Source: a virus (Duplodnaviria; Caudoviricetes). From it: a DNA stretch of 25,983 nucleotides. Location of the stretch: the IMG/VR virus record IMGVR_UViG_3300020044_008930, positions 1-25,983 of that record; one strand, given 5' to 3'. The translations under genes and the position numbers were made by a program. Shown here piece after piece: positions 7,390 to 15,849 of this stretch (within the stretch, counting starts at the first letter, position 1; the number at the start of each line of letters is the position of its first letter). Below the pieces are notes generated by a model, which was given only the letters and a program-made list of their open reading frames with translations, was not told the DNA's origin and searched no databases.

Positions 7390-8487
7390 TTAGGAATTAG
7401 CCTGGGCGATGAGGTTGCCGACGATGGCCGTCGTGGCCACGTTTGCGAGGCGGTCCGTGTTGAGCAGATCCGTTTTGGCTTTGATGGCCGTGATGTCCGA
7501 ATTGCTTGGCGCTGTGTAGCCCGAGGACGCGAGGCGTGTGCTTGTCGCTACGTCCACTCGCGCAAGCTCCGTAGCCAACTCCGTTCGGACTGCGGCGGCA
7601 TTCTGCGCTGCGGTGCTCGCGGCTGTGTAGGCGATCGCTGCAAGGCGGGTGCTGACAGCGGCGTCGAGGCGACCTAGCTCGGTCGTGAGCTCGGTGCGGG
7701 TGGCCGATGCTATCGAAGCGGCGGAAGGCACAGATGGCGAGTTGGTGAGGGTGTCCACGGTGCCGCCTGTGATTTGTTTGGTGGCTGCGCCCCACACTGC
7801 GGTCGCGTTCGCGGCTGCTGTCGGTGCGGCGGTTGTCGGGATGGAGTCGATTTTTCCGCCGACGCGCTCGAGGTCGGCACGGACTGCGGCGACGAGGGAG
7901 ACTTCGCTGAGGTTGGTGTTGCCGATGGCGCCAACGATGGCGTTGAGGACGGCTTGGCCGTCTGCTTCGTTGAGGAGGGAGCCTTCGACTGCAGTTGCGA
8001 TCTGTGCTGTTGTCGGTGCGGCTGTGTAGCCAGATGTGGCGAGTCTGCTGGATACCGTGGCGTCGAGGTTGGCGAGCTTGGTGCTGTTGCTGTCCAACTC
8101 CGAGCGGATCTGGACCACGGTTGGGATCGAGAGCGCGGTGATGGCTGCCTCGACGAGGCTTTGGTCTGCGGGGTCGCTTGGGAGGTTGTCGGTTTTAGCC
8201 TGTATGGCGGAAATCGAGGCGCTGGGGATGTCGGCGGTGGTGATCGTGGACACTGGCACTTCGGCAGTGCCGCTCCACACGATGCTACCGCTGCCGACAT
8301 TGGCGGAGGCGGAGATGAATGCGACTTGGTAGGTGCCAGCCGTGCCGGTCATGTTGCCAGAGTAGAATCCGCTTGATCCGGTTTCGGGGCAGGAGATGGC
8401 AGAGCCTACGGCGGTTCCGGATTGGTAGCGTTGAGCGGTGACGGTGAGGCCCGATTTTGCGAGAGCGATGTTGAGTTCGTTGGCCAT
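7390..8487 (-). CDS. Ala/Thr-rich putative virion fibre/accessory protein with internal repeats
   Basis: Repeats RTEL(T/A)TEL(G/A)R(L/V)D.A.STRLA..YTA and I.AI.AKTD.L. Confidence 0.7.
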   Translation of the reverse strand: MANELNIALAKSGLTVTAQRYQSGTAVGSAISCPETGSSGFYSGNMTGTAGTYQVAFISASANVGSGSIVWSGTAEVPVSTITTADIPSASISAIQAKTDNLPSDPADQSLVEAAITALSIPTVVQIRSELDSNSTKLANLDATVSSRLATSGYTAAPTTAQIATAVEGSLLNEADGQAVLNAIVGAIGNTNLSEVSLVAAVRADLERVGGKIDSIPTTAAPTAAANATAVWGAATKQITGGTVDTLTNSPSVPSAASIASATRTELTTELGRLDAAVSTRLAAIAYTAASTAAQNAAAVRTELATELARVDVATSTRLASSGYTAPSNSDITAIKAKTDLLNTDRLANVATTAIVGNLIAQANS

Positions 8488-8491
8488 GGTT

Positions 8492-8905
8492 TTAGGAGTT
8501 GAGGATGGTGAGTGTTTCGGTGAGCGTTGCCTCGAATGTGTGCGGGGCGGCGGGCCAGTTGCTGGCGGCGGGGGCGAGACCAGAGGCGATCATGCCATCA
8601 AGCCAGCCCTGGACTTCGACGAGCTTGGGCGAGGATTTCGCAGAGGCGTCGAGGCGGAGTTTTTGGTAGAGCATCGTGGTGGAGCGGTTGCCGCCGTAGC
8701 CTTGGGAGTCGGTCCATTCCTCGGCGGTGTAGGTGGGCGCGGATGGCGTGATCCATTGGCCGTCTTGCCACGCTGCATCTTCGCTGGGCTTTGCAGGCGC
8801 TGGTTGCCATTGCTCGGCTTTGGGGTTCCCTGCTGCGATGAGTGCGGCGATGTAGCTCTCTGGGAGTTCGCGGAGTTCGTTGGTGGTTGTGTTGAGGTAA
8901 ATCAT
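8492..8905 (-). CDS. Hypothetical protein, possible fibre assembly chaperone
   Basis: PAKPSEDAAWQDGQWI resembles tail-fibre chaperone motifs; ATGA-coupled to the LamG gene. Confidence 0.6.
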   Translation of the reverse strand: MIYLNTTTNELRELPESYIAALIAAGNPKAEQWQPAPAKPSEDAAWQDGQWITPSAPTYTAEEWTDSQGYGGNRSTTMLYQKLRLDASAKSSPKLVEVQGWLDGMIASGLAPAASNWPAAPHTFEATLTETLTILNS

Positions 8906-9594
8906 GGGTAGATGCGAGGATGGTTGGCGACGGTTGCGCCGTTGTTGTTGGTGATGGCGAGTCCGCCTTTTTGGTCGGTGAGGTCGCGGACGAGGGGGGC
9001 GTAGAAGACAAGCGATTGAGGACGGATTTTGTCAGGGGTCATGCCCTTTGCGAGGGAGGCGATTTCGGCGGCGGTGAGTGATGCGTTCCAGATGCCGACT
9101 TCGGCGGATTGAAATGAGTTTAAATTGTTTGCACCGTTTCTTCCGTTAATTTGAGGGATAACAGAATTTGTAATGGAGGTAATAAGGGTATTCCCGCTTA
9201 TCCCATTGGTTCCTTGCGTCCCGTTAGCATAAATCTTCATGTCGTTTGTTGATGCAGATGTTGAAGAAAATGCGGCGTGAAACCATTGCCCACTTGTCGC
9301 TGTAAATGGGATGTTTGCCCACGCCTGATCAGCTCCAGAAAATCGTTTTTGAAAGCCTAAAAAATTACCGATTCCAGGCGTGCCAACATTGAAATTGTGA
9401 AAATAATTGACCGACCACCCTGTTGCATTGCCTGAGTTCTGCTGTTTATTTACTAAAGCATAAAAACCAGTAGCAACGGTCGGGATGTAAAACCAGCCGA
9501 CAATGGTGAGAATATCGTCCTTGTTAAAAACCAAGTTTGAAGATGACCCAATGGTCAAATACTGGCTACTTGCCGCTGTAAAGTTGAAAGCCAT
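8902..9594 (-). CDS. LamG/concanavalin-A-like lectin domain protein
   Basis: LTIVGWFY, GQWFHAA, MKIYANG, AEVGIWNASLTAAEIASL. Confidence 0.85.
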   Translation of the reverse strand: MAFNFTAASSQYLTIGSSSNLVFNKDDILTIVGWFYIPTVATGFYALVNKQQNSGNATGWSVNYFHNFNVGTPGIGNFLGFQKRFSGADQAWANIPFTATSGQWFHAAFSSTSASTNDMKIYANGTQGTNGISGNTLITSITNSVIPQINGRNGANNLNSFQSAEVGIWNASLTAAEIASLAKGMTPDKIRPQSLVFYAPLVRDLTDQKGGLAITNNNGATVANHPRIYP

Positions 9595-9595
9595 A

Positions 9596-10108
9596 TCAAG
9601 CCATGCTCCTTACTTCGACGGCGATAAACTCGGCATCGCCCGTCATTGTGTCGTTGGTGGCATCGCTGCCGACGCGAGAAATTCGCAGGCGGTAAGGCTC
9701 ACCGACAGCTACGCTGTCGAGGGTGGAAAGCGAAATGCTGGTGGTGCTGGGAATGCCGCTTGTGCCGTTTGCCGCGCCATTGCCCTCGGCTGCGGTGTCG
9801 AAGCTGTCGGCATCGAGGTCGGTGTTGCCGCGCTCCAATGCTACGCGCCAGCGCACATTGCCGGTGGTGGCGGTGGTCGCCATCCATGTGATTCGCACGC
9901 TCAAGCCGCTGGCGAGGTCTGCCGCTTCGGGGATGATTGACGGGAAGATCGCGCTCTCGATTGTGGCGTCATCGAAATCGAGGACGGCAACCGAGTTGCG
10001 CGTGTCGAGAGTGGCAAAAAGAGTGGCGGGCGGCGAGCTGTGGCGCGGCGTGAATACGGCGAGGGTCTTTGTGCCAGAGGCACCGGAGAGGATGGGTGTT
10101 GCGATCAT
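9596..10108 (-). CDS. Putative beta-sandwich virion protein
   Basis: LDFDDATIESAIF...VRITW...GNVRW...LRISR...DTMTGDA; coupled to neighbours. Confidence 0.65.
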   Translation of the reverse strand: MIATPILSGASGTKTLAVFTPRHSSPPATLFATLDTRNSVAVLDFDDATIESAIFPSIIPEAADLASGLSVRITWMATTATTGNVRWRVALERGNTDLDADSFDTAAEGNGAANGTSGIPSTTSISLSTLDSVAVGEPYRLRISRVGSDATNDTMTGDAEFIAVEVRSMA

Positions 10109-10470
10109 GCGTAGGTGAGATTGGTTTTGTTTGACCACGCGCCGGTGGCGCTGGCTTCGGCGGTGACGTTGCCGTTGGCGTCGGTGGTGGTGCGGGAGAC
10201 GTCCCAGAGGGCGCTGTCGTAGATGGACCCGCTGTTTGGGAAATCGGCGTAGGCGAGTTTGCCGTAGAAAAGATTGTTGCCGATGATGTCGAAGACTTCG
10301 ACTTTATCGGGCACCGGACGAGTGCCGATGCGGAAGACATTGCCGTTTGCGTCTTTCGAGTAGAGGCAATGGTCGGCTAGATTTTGCACCAGTTCTCCGA
10401 CTGCGAGATCGCCAGCGAGTGGGATCTTGCCGAGGACGGAGGATTTTTTGGGAATGATTTGTGTGGCCAT
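10105..10470 (-). CDS. Short fibre adaptor with a T4 gp37-N-terminus-like domain
   Basis: IIPKKSSVLGKIPLAGDLAVGELVQNLADHCLYSKD; C-terminal module shared with 11725-13347. Confidence 0.7.
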   Translation of the reverse strand: MATQIIPKKSSVLGKIPLAGDLAVGELVQNLADHCLYSKDANGNVFRIGTRPVPDKVEVFDIIGNNLFYGKLAYADFPNSGSIYDSALWDVSRTTTDANGNVTAEASATGAWSNKTNLTYA

Positions 10471-10485
10471 GTGGCTTGTTTATTT

Positions 10486-10531
10486 CGCGGTGGAGACCCC
10501 CGCGTGGCGAGGCGCTATGGAGCGCCCCGCC
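10486..10531 (-). promoter_or_regulatory. Tandem intergenic RNA hairpins with no U-tract
   Basis: 11-bp stem 10506-10516/10521-10531 and a cgcgg/ccgcg stem 10486-10504. Confidence 0.5.
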
Positions 10532-10551
10532 GGGGTTGGTTGGTTTAGGGA

Positions 10552-11445
10552 CTAGTAAGTTCCGCCATCTATGCTGGCCTCGAGGCTGTCCAGTCGTGCG
10601 TCGAGCGCGTCGTCTGCACTGGTCCTGGCTGCTGCCTCTGCCGTGATGTTGGTCTGTAGGCTGGTGTCAGCACTCGCTCTCGTGCTGGCCTCGCTTGTGA
10701 TGTTCGTCTGAAGAGTCGTGTCAGCGCTGGCTCTAGAGCTAGCCTCTGCCGTGATATTTGACTGAAGAGTCGTGTCGGCTGCTGCTCTGGCAGTCTCTTC
10801 CGAGTTGATGTCTGCCTCGGCTGCTGTGACTCTACCGGCCAATGCTGTGGCTGCTGTGTTGGTCACGCCAAGCGCGGTGGTCAGCGTTGCATCACCGGCT
10901 TCACGGTTCGAAACTTCGGAAGCGAGGGCTGCGTTGTTGCTCGAGACGTATCCAGCAAATGCGGAATCGTTCGTGGCATCCACGCTGTTGATCAAGCTGA
11001 CGATCTCGGCAAAGGTGTCGCTGTTCGCGCCTGCTGCGGAAAGGATGGCGTCGATGCGGCCTTTTTCCGTTGCGATCTTTCCGTCGAGGGTTGTGTCAGC
11101 GGAGCTACGAGCGGAGGCTTCTGCGCTGATCGCGGCTGCGCGGTCTGTGAGCTCTTGTGCGAGTCCTGCGGCGATGACGCCTTCAGCACTTTGCGCCCGT
11201 GAAATTTCCGAATTCAGCGAGGAGGTGAGTGTCGAGTCGCCTGAGCTGCGAAGCGCGGCTTCTGCTGCTACGGCGTCATTGACGAAGGTCTTCTTGGAGA
11301 AGATGTGCTCGCCACCGATTGGCAAAACGCCTTCGGCTGTGCCGATGAAGAATGATTTGTTTGCTGTGTCGAAGGCGACCTCGCCGACTTGAAGCGACAC
11401 CGGACTACCGGAGCCGCGTTTTACGCGAATGATTGGATTGGGCAT
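10552..11445 (-). CDS. Coiled-coil fibre protein
   Basis: N-terminal IRVKRG...LQVGEVAFD...FFIG; 18-aa repeats ITAEASSRASADTTLQTN; ends IDGGTY. Confidence 0.8.
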   Translation of the reverse strand: MPNPIIRVKRGSGSPVSLQVGEVAFDTANKSFFIGTAEGVLPIGGEHIFSKKTFVNDAVAAEAALRSSGDSTLTSSLNSEISRAQSAEGVIAAGLAQELTDRAAAISAEASARSSADTTLDGKIATEKGRIDAILSAAGANSDTFAEIVSLINSVDATNDSAFAGYVSSNNAALASEVSNREAGDATLTTALGVTNTAATALAGRVTAAEADINSEETARAAADTTLQSNITAEASSRASADTTLQTNITSEASTRASADTSLQTNITAEAAARTSADDALDARLDSLEASIDGGTY

Positions 11446-11497
11446 GGCTAATTAGGGTGTTGTTGGTTTTGGTTGGGTGTTCGTGGTGGGGAGATTG

Positions 11498-11725
11498 TCA
11501 AAAACTGCCGCAGTCGATGACCGGGATCATGAGGGCGTAGGCGGATGCGGTGGGCGACCACCGGTAGGGCATGCCCTCGTCGAGAGCCATGTAGAGGCGG
11601 TCTGATTTTCCGACGCTCGGGAAATTGGAGCGGGTGGGATATTCGACGACGATGCCTGGCAGCGTGAGGTCGAAGCTCGAGAGATCGAGTTGCTGGGTTA
11701 GGTTGCTCTCGGTGATCGTTGTCAT
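11498..11725 (-). CDS. 75-aa fibre connector-like protein
   Basis: VEYPTRSNFPSVGKSDRLYMALDEG..YRW; ends IDCGSF; TAATG overlap with the upstream gene. Confidence 0.7.
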   Translation of the reverse strand: MTTITESNLTQQLDLSSFDLTLPGIVVEYPTRSNFPSVGKSDRLYMALDEGMPYRWSPTASAYALMIPVIDCGSF

Positions 11726-13347
11726 TAGTAAGCGAGAGTCTCCCGGTTGAGCCACGATCCGGTGGCGGATGAGGTGGCGAGGACGCGCCCGGCGGCGTCT
11801 GTCGTGGAGCGGCGGACGGTCCACGCTGTGGCGGTCTCTGGCAGGGCTGGCAAGGCGGGGCGGTTGGCGTTGAGGAGGCGTCCGCTGTAGGTCGTGAGTC
11901 CGTCCGTGCTGGTGGCGAATGCGAAGAGGTAGAGGGTGGGATCGATGGGCGGCTGGACGCTGCGGAGGCCGAGGGCGGTGGCGGCGATCTGGGTGCCGAC
12001 TGCGGGCGCGGCGTCGAAGGTGATCGTGCCGCTGGCTTCGCTGACCGTGTAGTCGGTGACGGGGGTCTGGGTGACGCCATTGAGGGCGACGAGGACATGC
12101 TCGGGGTCGTTGCCTGCGAGGCCGTCGATAAGGAATGTGGTCGCGCTGCCGTCGCCGGTGCGGACGGTGGTGTTGATGCTGAGGCCGGGGGCCGATGCGA
12201 CGATGAAAGCGGAGAGGCCGGTGATGTCCGTGGCGGGGTGCGTGTGGATCGTGTCGGCCTTGGAAAGCTCGACCCAGAGCTTGAATGCGGGCGAGGCGGA
12301 TGGATTGAATGCGGCCCAATAGCTAGTGCCGGGTGGATAGCCGGGGTTTGGTTCGGCGATGCGGATGTAGAGAGCGCCGCCGTAGCTGACGATTTGTCCG
12401 GGCCAGTAGTCGGCACCGTTGTCGTAGGCTCCGCGATAGTCTGCGGGCTCGGGCTGGAGGGCGGTGTCGGCGAGAGCGCCTTGCGCGGCGGTGGCTTTGC
12501 CGTCGATCTGCGTCTGGAGCGATCCGATGCTGGCGGCGGCTTCGGCGATGCTGTCCAGCGCGGCGGGGTCGAGGTTCGCGGCGAGGAAATCGATCCTTTG
12601 GCCGAGGGCTGTATCTGATGCAGTGAGGGCGGCGAGGTCGGCATTTAAGCCGGTGATCTCGCCTTTGAGGTGCGTGTGCGCGGACGGCGCAAATGTGGCT
12701 GGCTTGCCGGTAAGGCTTGACCAATCGACGGGCGGGGAGACAGCGACGACGGCGCTGGCAAAGTCGGTGATGTCGGCAGAGGTGTGCGTGTGGGCGGATG
12801 GGGCGAATGTGGCGGGCTTGCCGGTGACGCTGGCCCATGTGGGAGGAGGGGCGAGAAGCGCGATGGCCTGCGCGGTCCGCAGCGGGGTCATCCAGGCGGA
12901 GTTGTCGGTGCCTGCCTCGGCTTGCGCTTGGGTGGCTTTGCCGTCGGGCATGGCGGCGGGTGTGCCTTCGCTGCCGAGGATGACGGAGTTTTGCACTTCC
13001 ACGGGGAGAGTGGCGGTGCGCGTGGCTTCGCCGGTGGAAGCCCACTTGACCTCGAGGAGGGCGGTGACTACGGCGGGGGAGGATGCGAATGCGGCCTCGA
13101 GGGGGATGGTGTTGAGGTCGAGCACACCGGCGGCGGCGAGGGCGAGGAAATTGGCGTCGGCGTAGCTTTGCTTGAGCGCGGTGGAAAATGTGGTGCCGGA
13201 GGGCGTAGCGACGGCGGCCCCGCGAAGCACAAACTGGATCTCGATGGGGAGAAGGTCGCGGCGTTTAAGCGTGAGCGAGGCGAGGGCGGCGGAGGATGCC
13301 GCGCTTTTTACGAACCGCCGAGATGTGAGATCGATGAATAACTTCAT
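11725..13347 (-). CDS. Tail fibre protein 2 (baseplate-anchor-like N-terminus, HxH fibre repeats)
   Basis: W..(V/L)TGKPATFAPSAHTH repeats, ATQAQAEAGTDN..WMTPLR, GDGSATTF...V.LNGVTQ.P..DY domain. Confidence 0.85.
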   Translation of the reverse strand: MKLFIDLTSRRFVKSAASSAALASLTLKRRDLLPIEIQFVLRGAAVATPSGTTFSTALKQSYADANFLALAAAGVLDLNTIPLEAAFASSPAVVTALLEVKWASTGEATRTATLPVEVQNSVILGSEGTPAAMPDGKATQAQAEAGTDNSAWMTPLRTAQAIALLAPPPTWASVTGKPATFAPSAHTHTSADITDFASAVVAVSPPVDWSSLTGKPATFAPSAHTHLKGEITGLNADLAALTASDTALGQRIDFLAANLDPAALDSIAEAAASIGSLQTQIDGKATAAQGALADTALQPEPADYRGAYDNGADYWPGQIVSYGGALYIRIAEPNPGYPPGTSYWAAFNPSASPAFKLWVELSKADTIHTHPATDITGLSAFIVASAPGLSINTTVRTGDGSATTFLIDGLAGNDPEHVLVALNGVTQTPVTDYTVSEASGTITFDAAPAVGTQIAATALGLRSVQPPIDPTLYLFAFATSTDGLTTYSGRLLNANRPALPALPETATAWTVRRSTTDAAGRVLATSSATGSWLNRETLAY

Positions 13348-13426
13348 GCCGCTACGAGGCGGCGTGATGTCAAATGCGCGGGGGGCGCTGAACTAGGTCA
13401 GGAGCGGAGCGGAGGGGGAGAGACTC

Positions 13427-13454
13427 ACGCGGAGGCGCGGGGGGCGCGGAGGGG
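13427..13454. repeat. 28-bp GC-rich direct repeat, copy 1
   Basis: acgcggaggcgcggggggcgcggagggg; 27/28 identical to 15892-15919. Confidence 0.9.
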
Positions 13455-13455
13455 T

Positions 13456-14589
13456 CTATACACTAGGCCAGAGCTTTTGCGGGCCGTAATAGACCGCCTG
13501 AGCGGGAGTTGACCCTGCATAAATTGCGGAGACGAGGCTGCTGCCTTTGTAGATTGGCGGGACATCTTGGAGTGCATAACGCCTAATGACTCCAGCCCCT
13601 GCGCTGCCAGCGGCAACCGACCCATCGTCTGATATCGCTCCAATGGTATCCCATTGGAACTGCCAAGCTGTGCCGGTCCAGAGATAAAGTTTCCCGCCAA
13701 CATTTAGCAGTGTGCCTGCACTATTGAGCCGAGGAGAGCCGGGCGGCATATCCCCGCCCAGTTGCGCCCATATTGCCCCAGTTTTTTGAAAAACTTTTAC
13801 AGCAGACGCGTCTGATGTTTCAGCGGCTAAAATGGTTCCGTCAAAATTTGAAAAAAAGGCTGTCCCTGTGTTTAATATGTTGTTTGCAAACTGCCAACTC
13901 GATCCATTCCAGTTAAATTCTCTTAAAGAACCGCCAATAAAAACGAAAACACTGGAACCATTGCCGGAAATCTCAAAATTCCTAAGAGTATTCCCATAAG
14001 TCCCATTAAACTGGAAAAACAAACTCGGCCTCCCAGTCGCCTCAATAAGGTTATTGAAGCTTTGAAAATAAACAAAACGAAGCGTCGCGTCGTCGCTAAA
14101 TCGAATGCTCCTAGGTATATATTCTGAAGAAGAGATACGGTTTGCATATCGCGTGATTTTTGTTCCCGACAAACTGGCTGGCGCGCTTAAATCTGCGGGC
14201 ACAAATGGATTGATCGAGTCAGAGTTTCGCCCACTTATTTGGATTCCAAAATACTTAGAGTAATTTGGGGAGTGAAAAGTAAAGTCCCAAGCAACATTTT
14301 GGCCATCTTTGGAAATCTCAACCAAGTTATATCCTTCATCGTAGATTTCCGAGCCCCCGCTCCAGCCTCCTAGCCCTGATACTGTTAACCATTGAGACCC
14401 ATCCCAATCTACAGCTCCGATATACCCCTCAAATTGGTTTCCGTTTACTCCTGTGGGGTAAGTTAAAGCGGTTTGAGCTCTCCAAAAAGCACGGAGGCCG
14501 TTTCCAGACATTAAAACTTTGGTAGGAGACCCGAGCTGTGGCCCGCTTGACGGGCTGATTGGCCCTGTTGCAACAAGTTTCAAGCTCAT
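13456..14589 (-). CDS. Putative receptor-binding beta-propeller-like protein with an AT-rich body
   Basis: Repeats W.G..WQ, ISKDGQ/ISGNGS/ISDDGS, WAQLGGD; ATGA-coupled to fibre 1. Confidence 0.7.
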   Translation of the reverse strand: MSLKLVATGPISPSSGPQLGSPTKVLMSGNGLRAFWRAQTALTYPTGVNGNQFEGYIGAVDWDGSQWLTVSGLGGWSGGSEIYDEGYNLVEISKDGQNVAWDFTFHSPNYSKYFGIQISGRNSDSINPFVPADLSAPASLSGTKITRYANRISSSEYIPRSIRFSDDATLRFVYFQSFNNLIEATGRPSLFFQFNGTYGNTLRNFEISGNGSSVFVFIGGSLREFNWNGSSWQFANNILNTGTAFFSNFDGTILAAETSDASAVKVFQKTGAIWAQLGGDMPPGSPRLNSAGTLLNVGGKLYLWTGTAWQFQWDTIGAISDDGSVAAGSAGAGVIRRYALQDVPPIYKGSSLVSAIYAGSTPAQAVYYGPQKLWPSV

Positions 14590-15848
14590 CCTGTGACGAT
14601 GTAGAGAGTCGTTGCGACTGGAGAGGCAGGCATGGTGGCGACAACGGCGATGGCGGTGATGTCGACAGAGGTGGGCAAGTAGTTTGAGTGTGTGTGGTTG
14701 CCTGCCGCAAATGTTCCTGCCGTCGTTCCGAAGGAGCCTGCCTGCAAGACACCACTGGTTCCGGTGATGATTGGCAAAGTCGCAGTCGTGCCGATGGCTC
14801 CGGCGGTAGTGATGTTCCCGTGCGTGTGGTTGCCAAGGGCCACCGTGCTCGATGTTGTGCCTGTCGGGATGCGAGCGAGAGCGAGTGTGCCGCTGGTGAT
14901 GTCGGTGGCGGCGTGGGTGTGTGTGGAAGCCGCGTAACTCCCTACTGCCTGCTTGCCATCTAGCGCCGTCTGCAAGCCAGTAGTGTCCGAAATAGCGTGG
15001 GTGTGTGTGGTCGCTGCTTTGCCATCAAGAGCTGTCTGCAAACCTGTCGTGTCCGAAATAGTGTGGGTGTGGGCCTCTGGCGGGAAGGTGCTGGGCTTGT
15101 CGGTCAGGTCGTTGTAGCTGGTGATGCCGCTTGGCGTCTGCGGCACCCATGCGGTGCCGTCCCAGGTGACGACTTGGCCGCTTGTGGCGGTGGATTGTGT
15201 GAGGTCGGAAAGCGGGTGGGTGTGAGTCGCTGGCGTGAATGTGGTGGGCTTGTCGGTCAGGTCATTCCATGACGAGACGCCTCCTCCGCCTCCGCCGAGC
15301 TCTTCGATGGCTTGAGCCACGCGCAAGGGCGACATCCATTTTGTGTTGTCGGAACCGGCTTCTGCTTCGGCTTGCGTGGCGAGAAAATTGGGTGTGCTCG
15401 AGGTATAGAAGATCGGCAGGTCTGCGGGTGTGCCTTCGTCGCCACGGATAACATCGTTGAAGATCAAGATCGGGAGCGTCAGCGAGGAGCCGACGGAAGA
15501 GCCGCTCACCCACTGCACCTCGAGCATCGCAGTGATGCTGGCGGGCTCTTCGGGGAATAGTGCCTCGAGTGCCGTGGTGTTGAGGTTAAATGCTCCGGCG
15601 TAAACGGTGTCCGCGCCTGTGCCTGTGACTGAGAGCGTGTCGGTGGCTAGAAACTCCCCGGCGAAATCCTCCGTGGCCTTCACGCCCACCCTGGCGATCG
15701 TGCCGACGGGCAGCGACTGGACGGCCCCGGCGCGCAGGAATTGCACCTCGAAGGCATCGTTGTCCCGGCGCTTAAATTCCAGACGGGTCGCAGGGCGAGT
15801 GGCGGTGGTAAGAATCTTCCGGGAATCGATGTCTATGAATATACGCAT
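14586..15848 (-). CDS. Tail fibre protein 1, paralogue of 11725-13347
   Basis: MRIFID...KRRD...EVQF; SWNDLTDKPTTF.P..HTH repeats; 66-bp duplicated HTH.ISDTTGLQTALDGK; ends TTLYIVTG. Confidence 0.85.
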   Translation of the reverse strand: MRIFIDIDSRKILTTATRPATRLEFKRRDNDAFEVQFLRAGAVQSLPVGTIARVGVKATEDFAGEFLATDTLSVTGTGADTVYAGAFNLNTTALEALFPEEPASITAMLEVQWVSGSSVGSSLTLPILIFNDVIRGDEGTPADLPIFYTSSTPNFLATQAEAEAGSDNTKWMSPLRVAQAIEELGGGGGGVSSWNDLTDKPTTFTPATHTHPLSDLTQSTATSGQVVTWDGTAWVPQTPSGITSYNDLTDKPSTFPPEAHTHTISDTTGLQTALDGKAATTHTHAISDTTGLQTALDGKQAVGSYAASTHTHAATDITSGTLALARIPTGTTSSTVALGNHTHGNITTAGAIGTTATLPIITGTSGVLQAGSFGTTAGTFAAGNHTHSNYLPTSVDITAIAVVATMPASPVATTLYIVTG

Positions 15849-15849
15849 G

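Noticed and set aside
11448-13341. Long overlapping ORFs such as 11448-12644, 12323-13045 and 12464-13165
   Set aside because: Pro/Ser/Arg-rich frame shadows caused by high GC3 in the fibre gene
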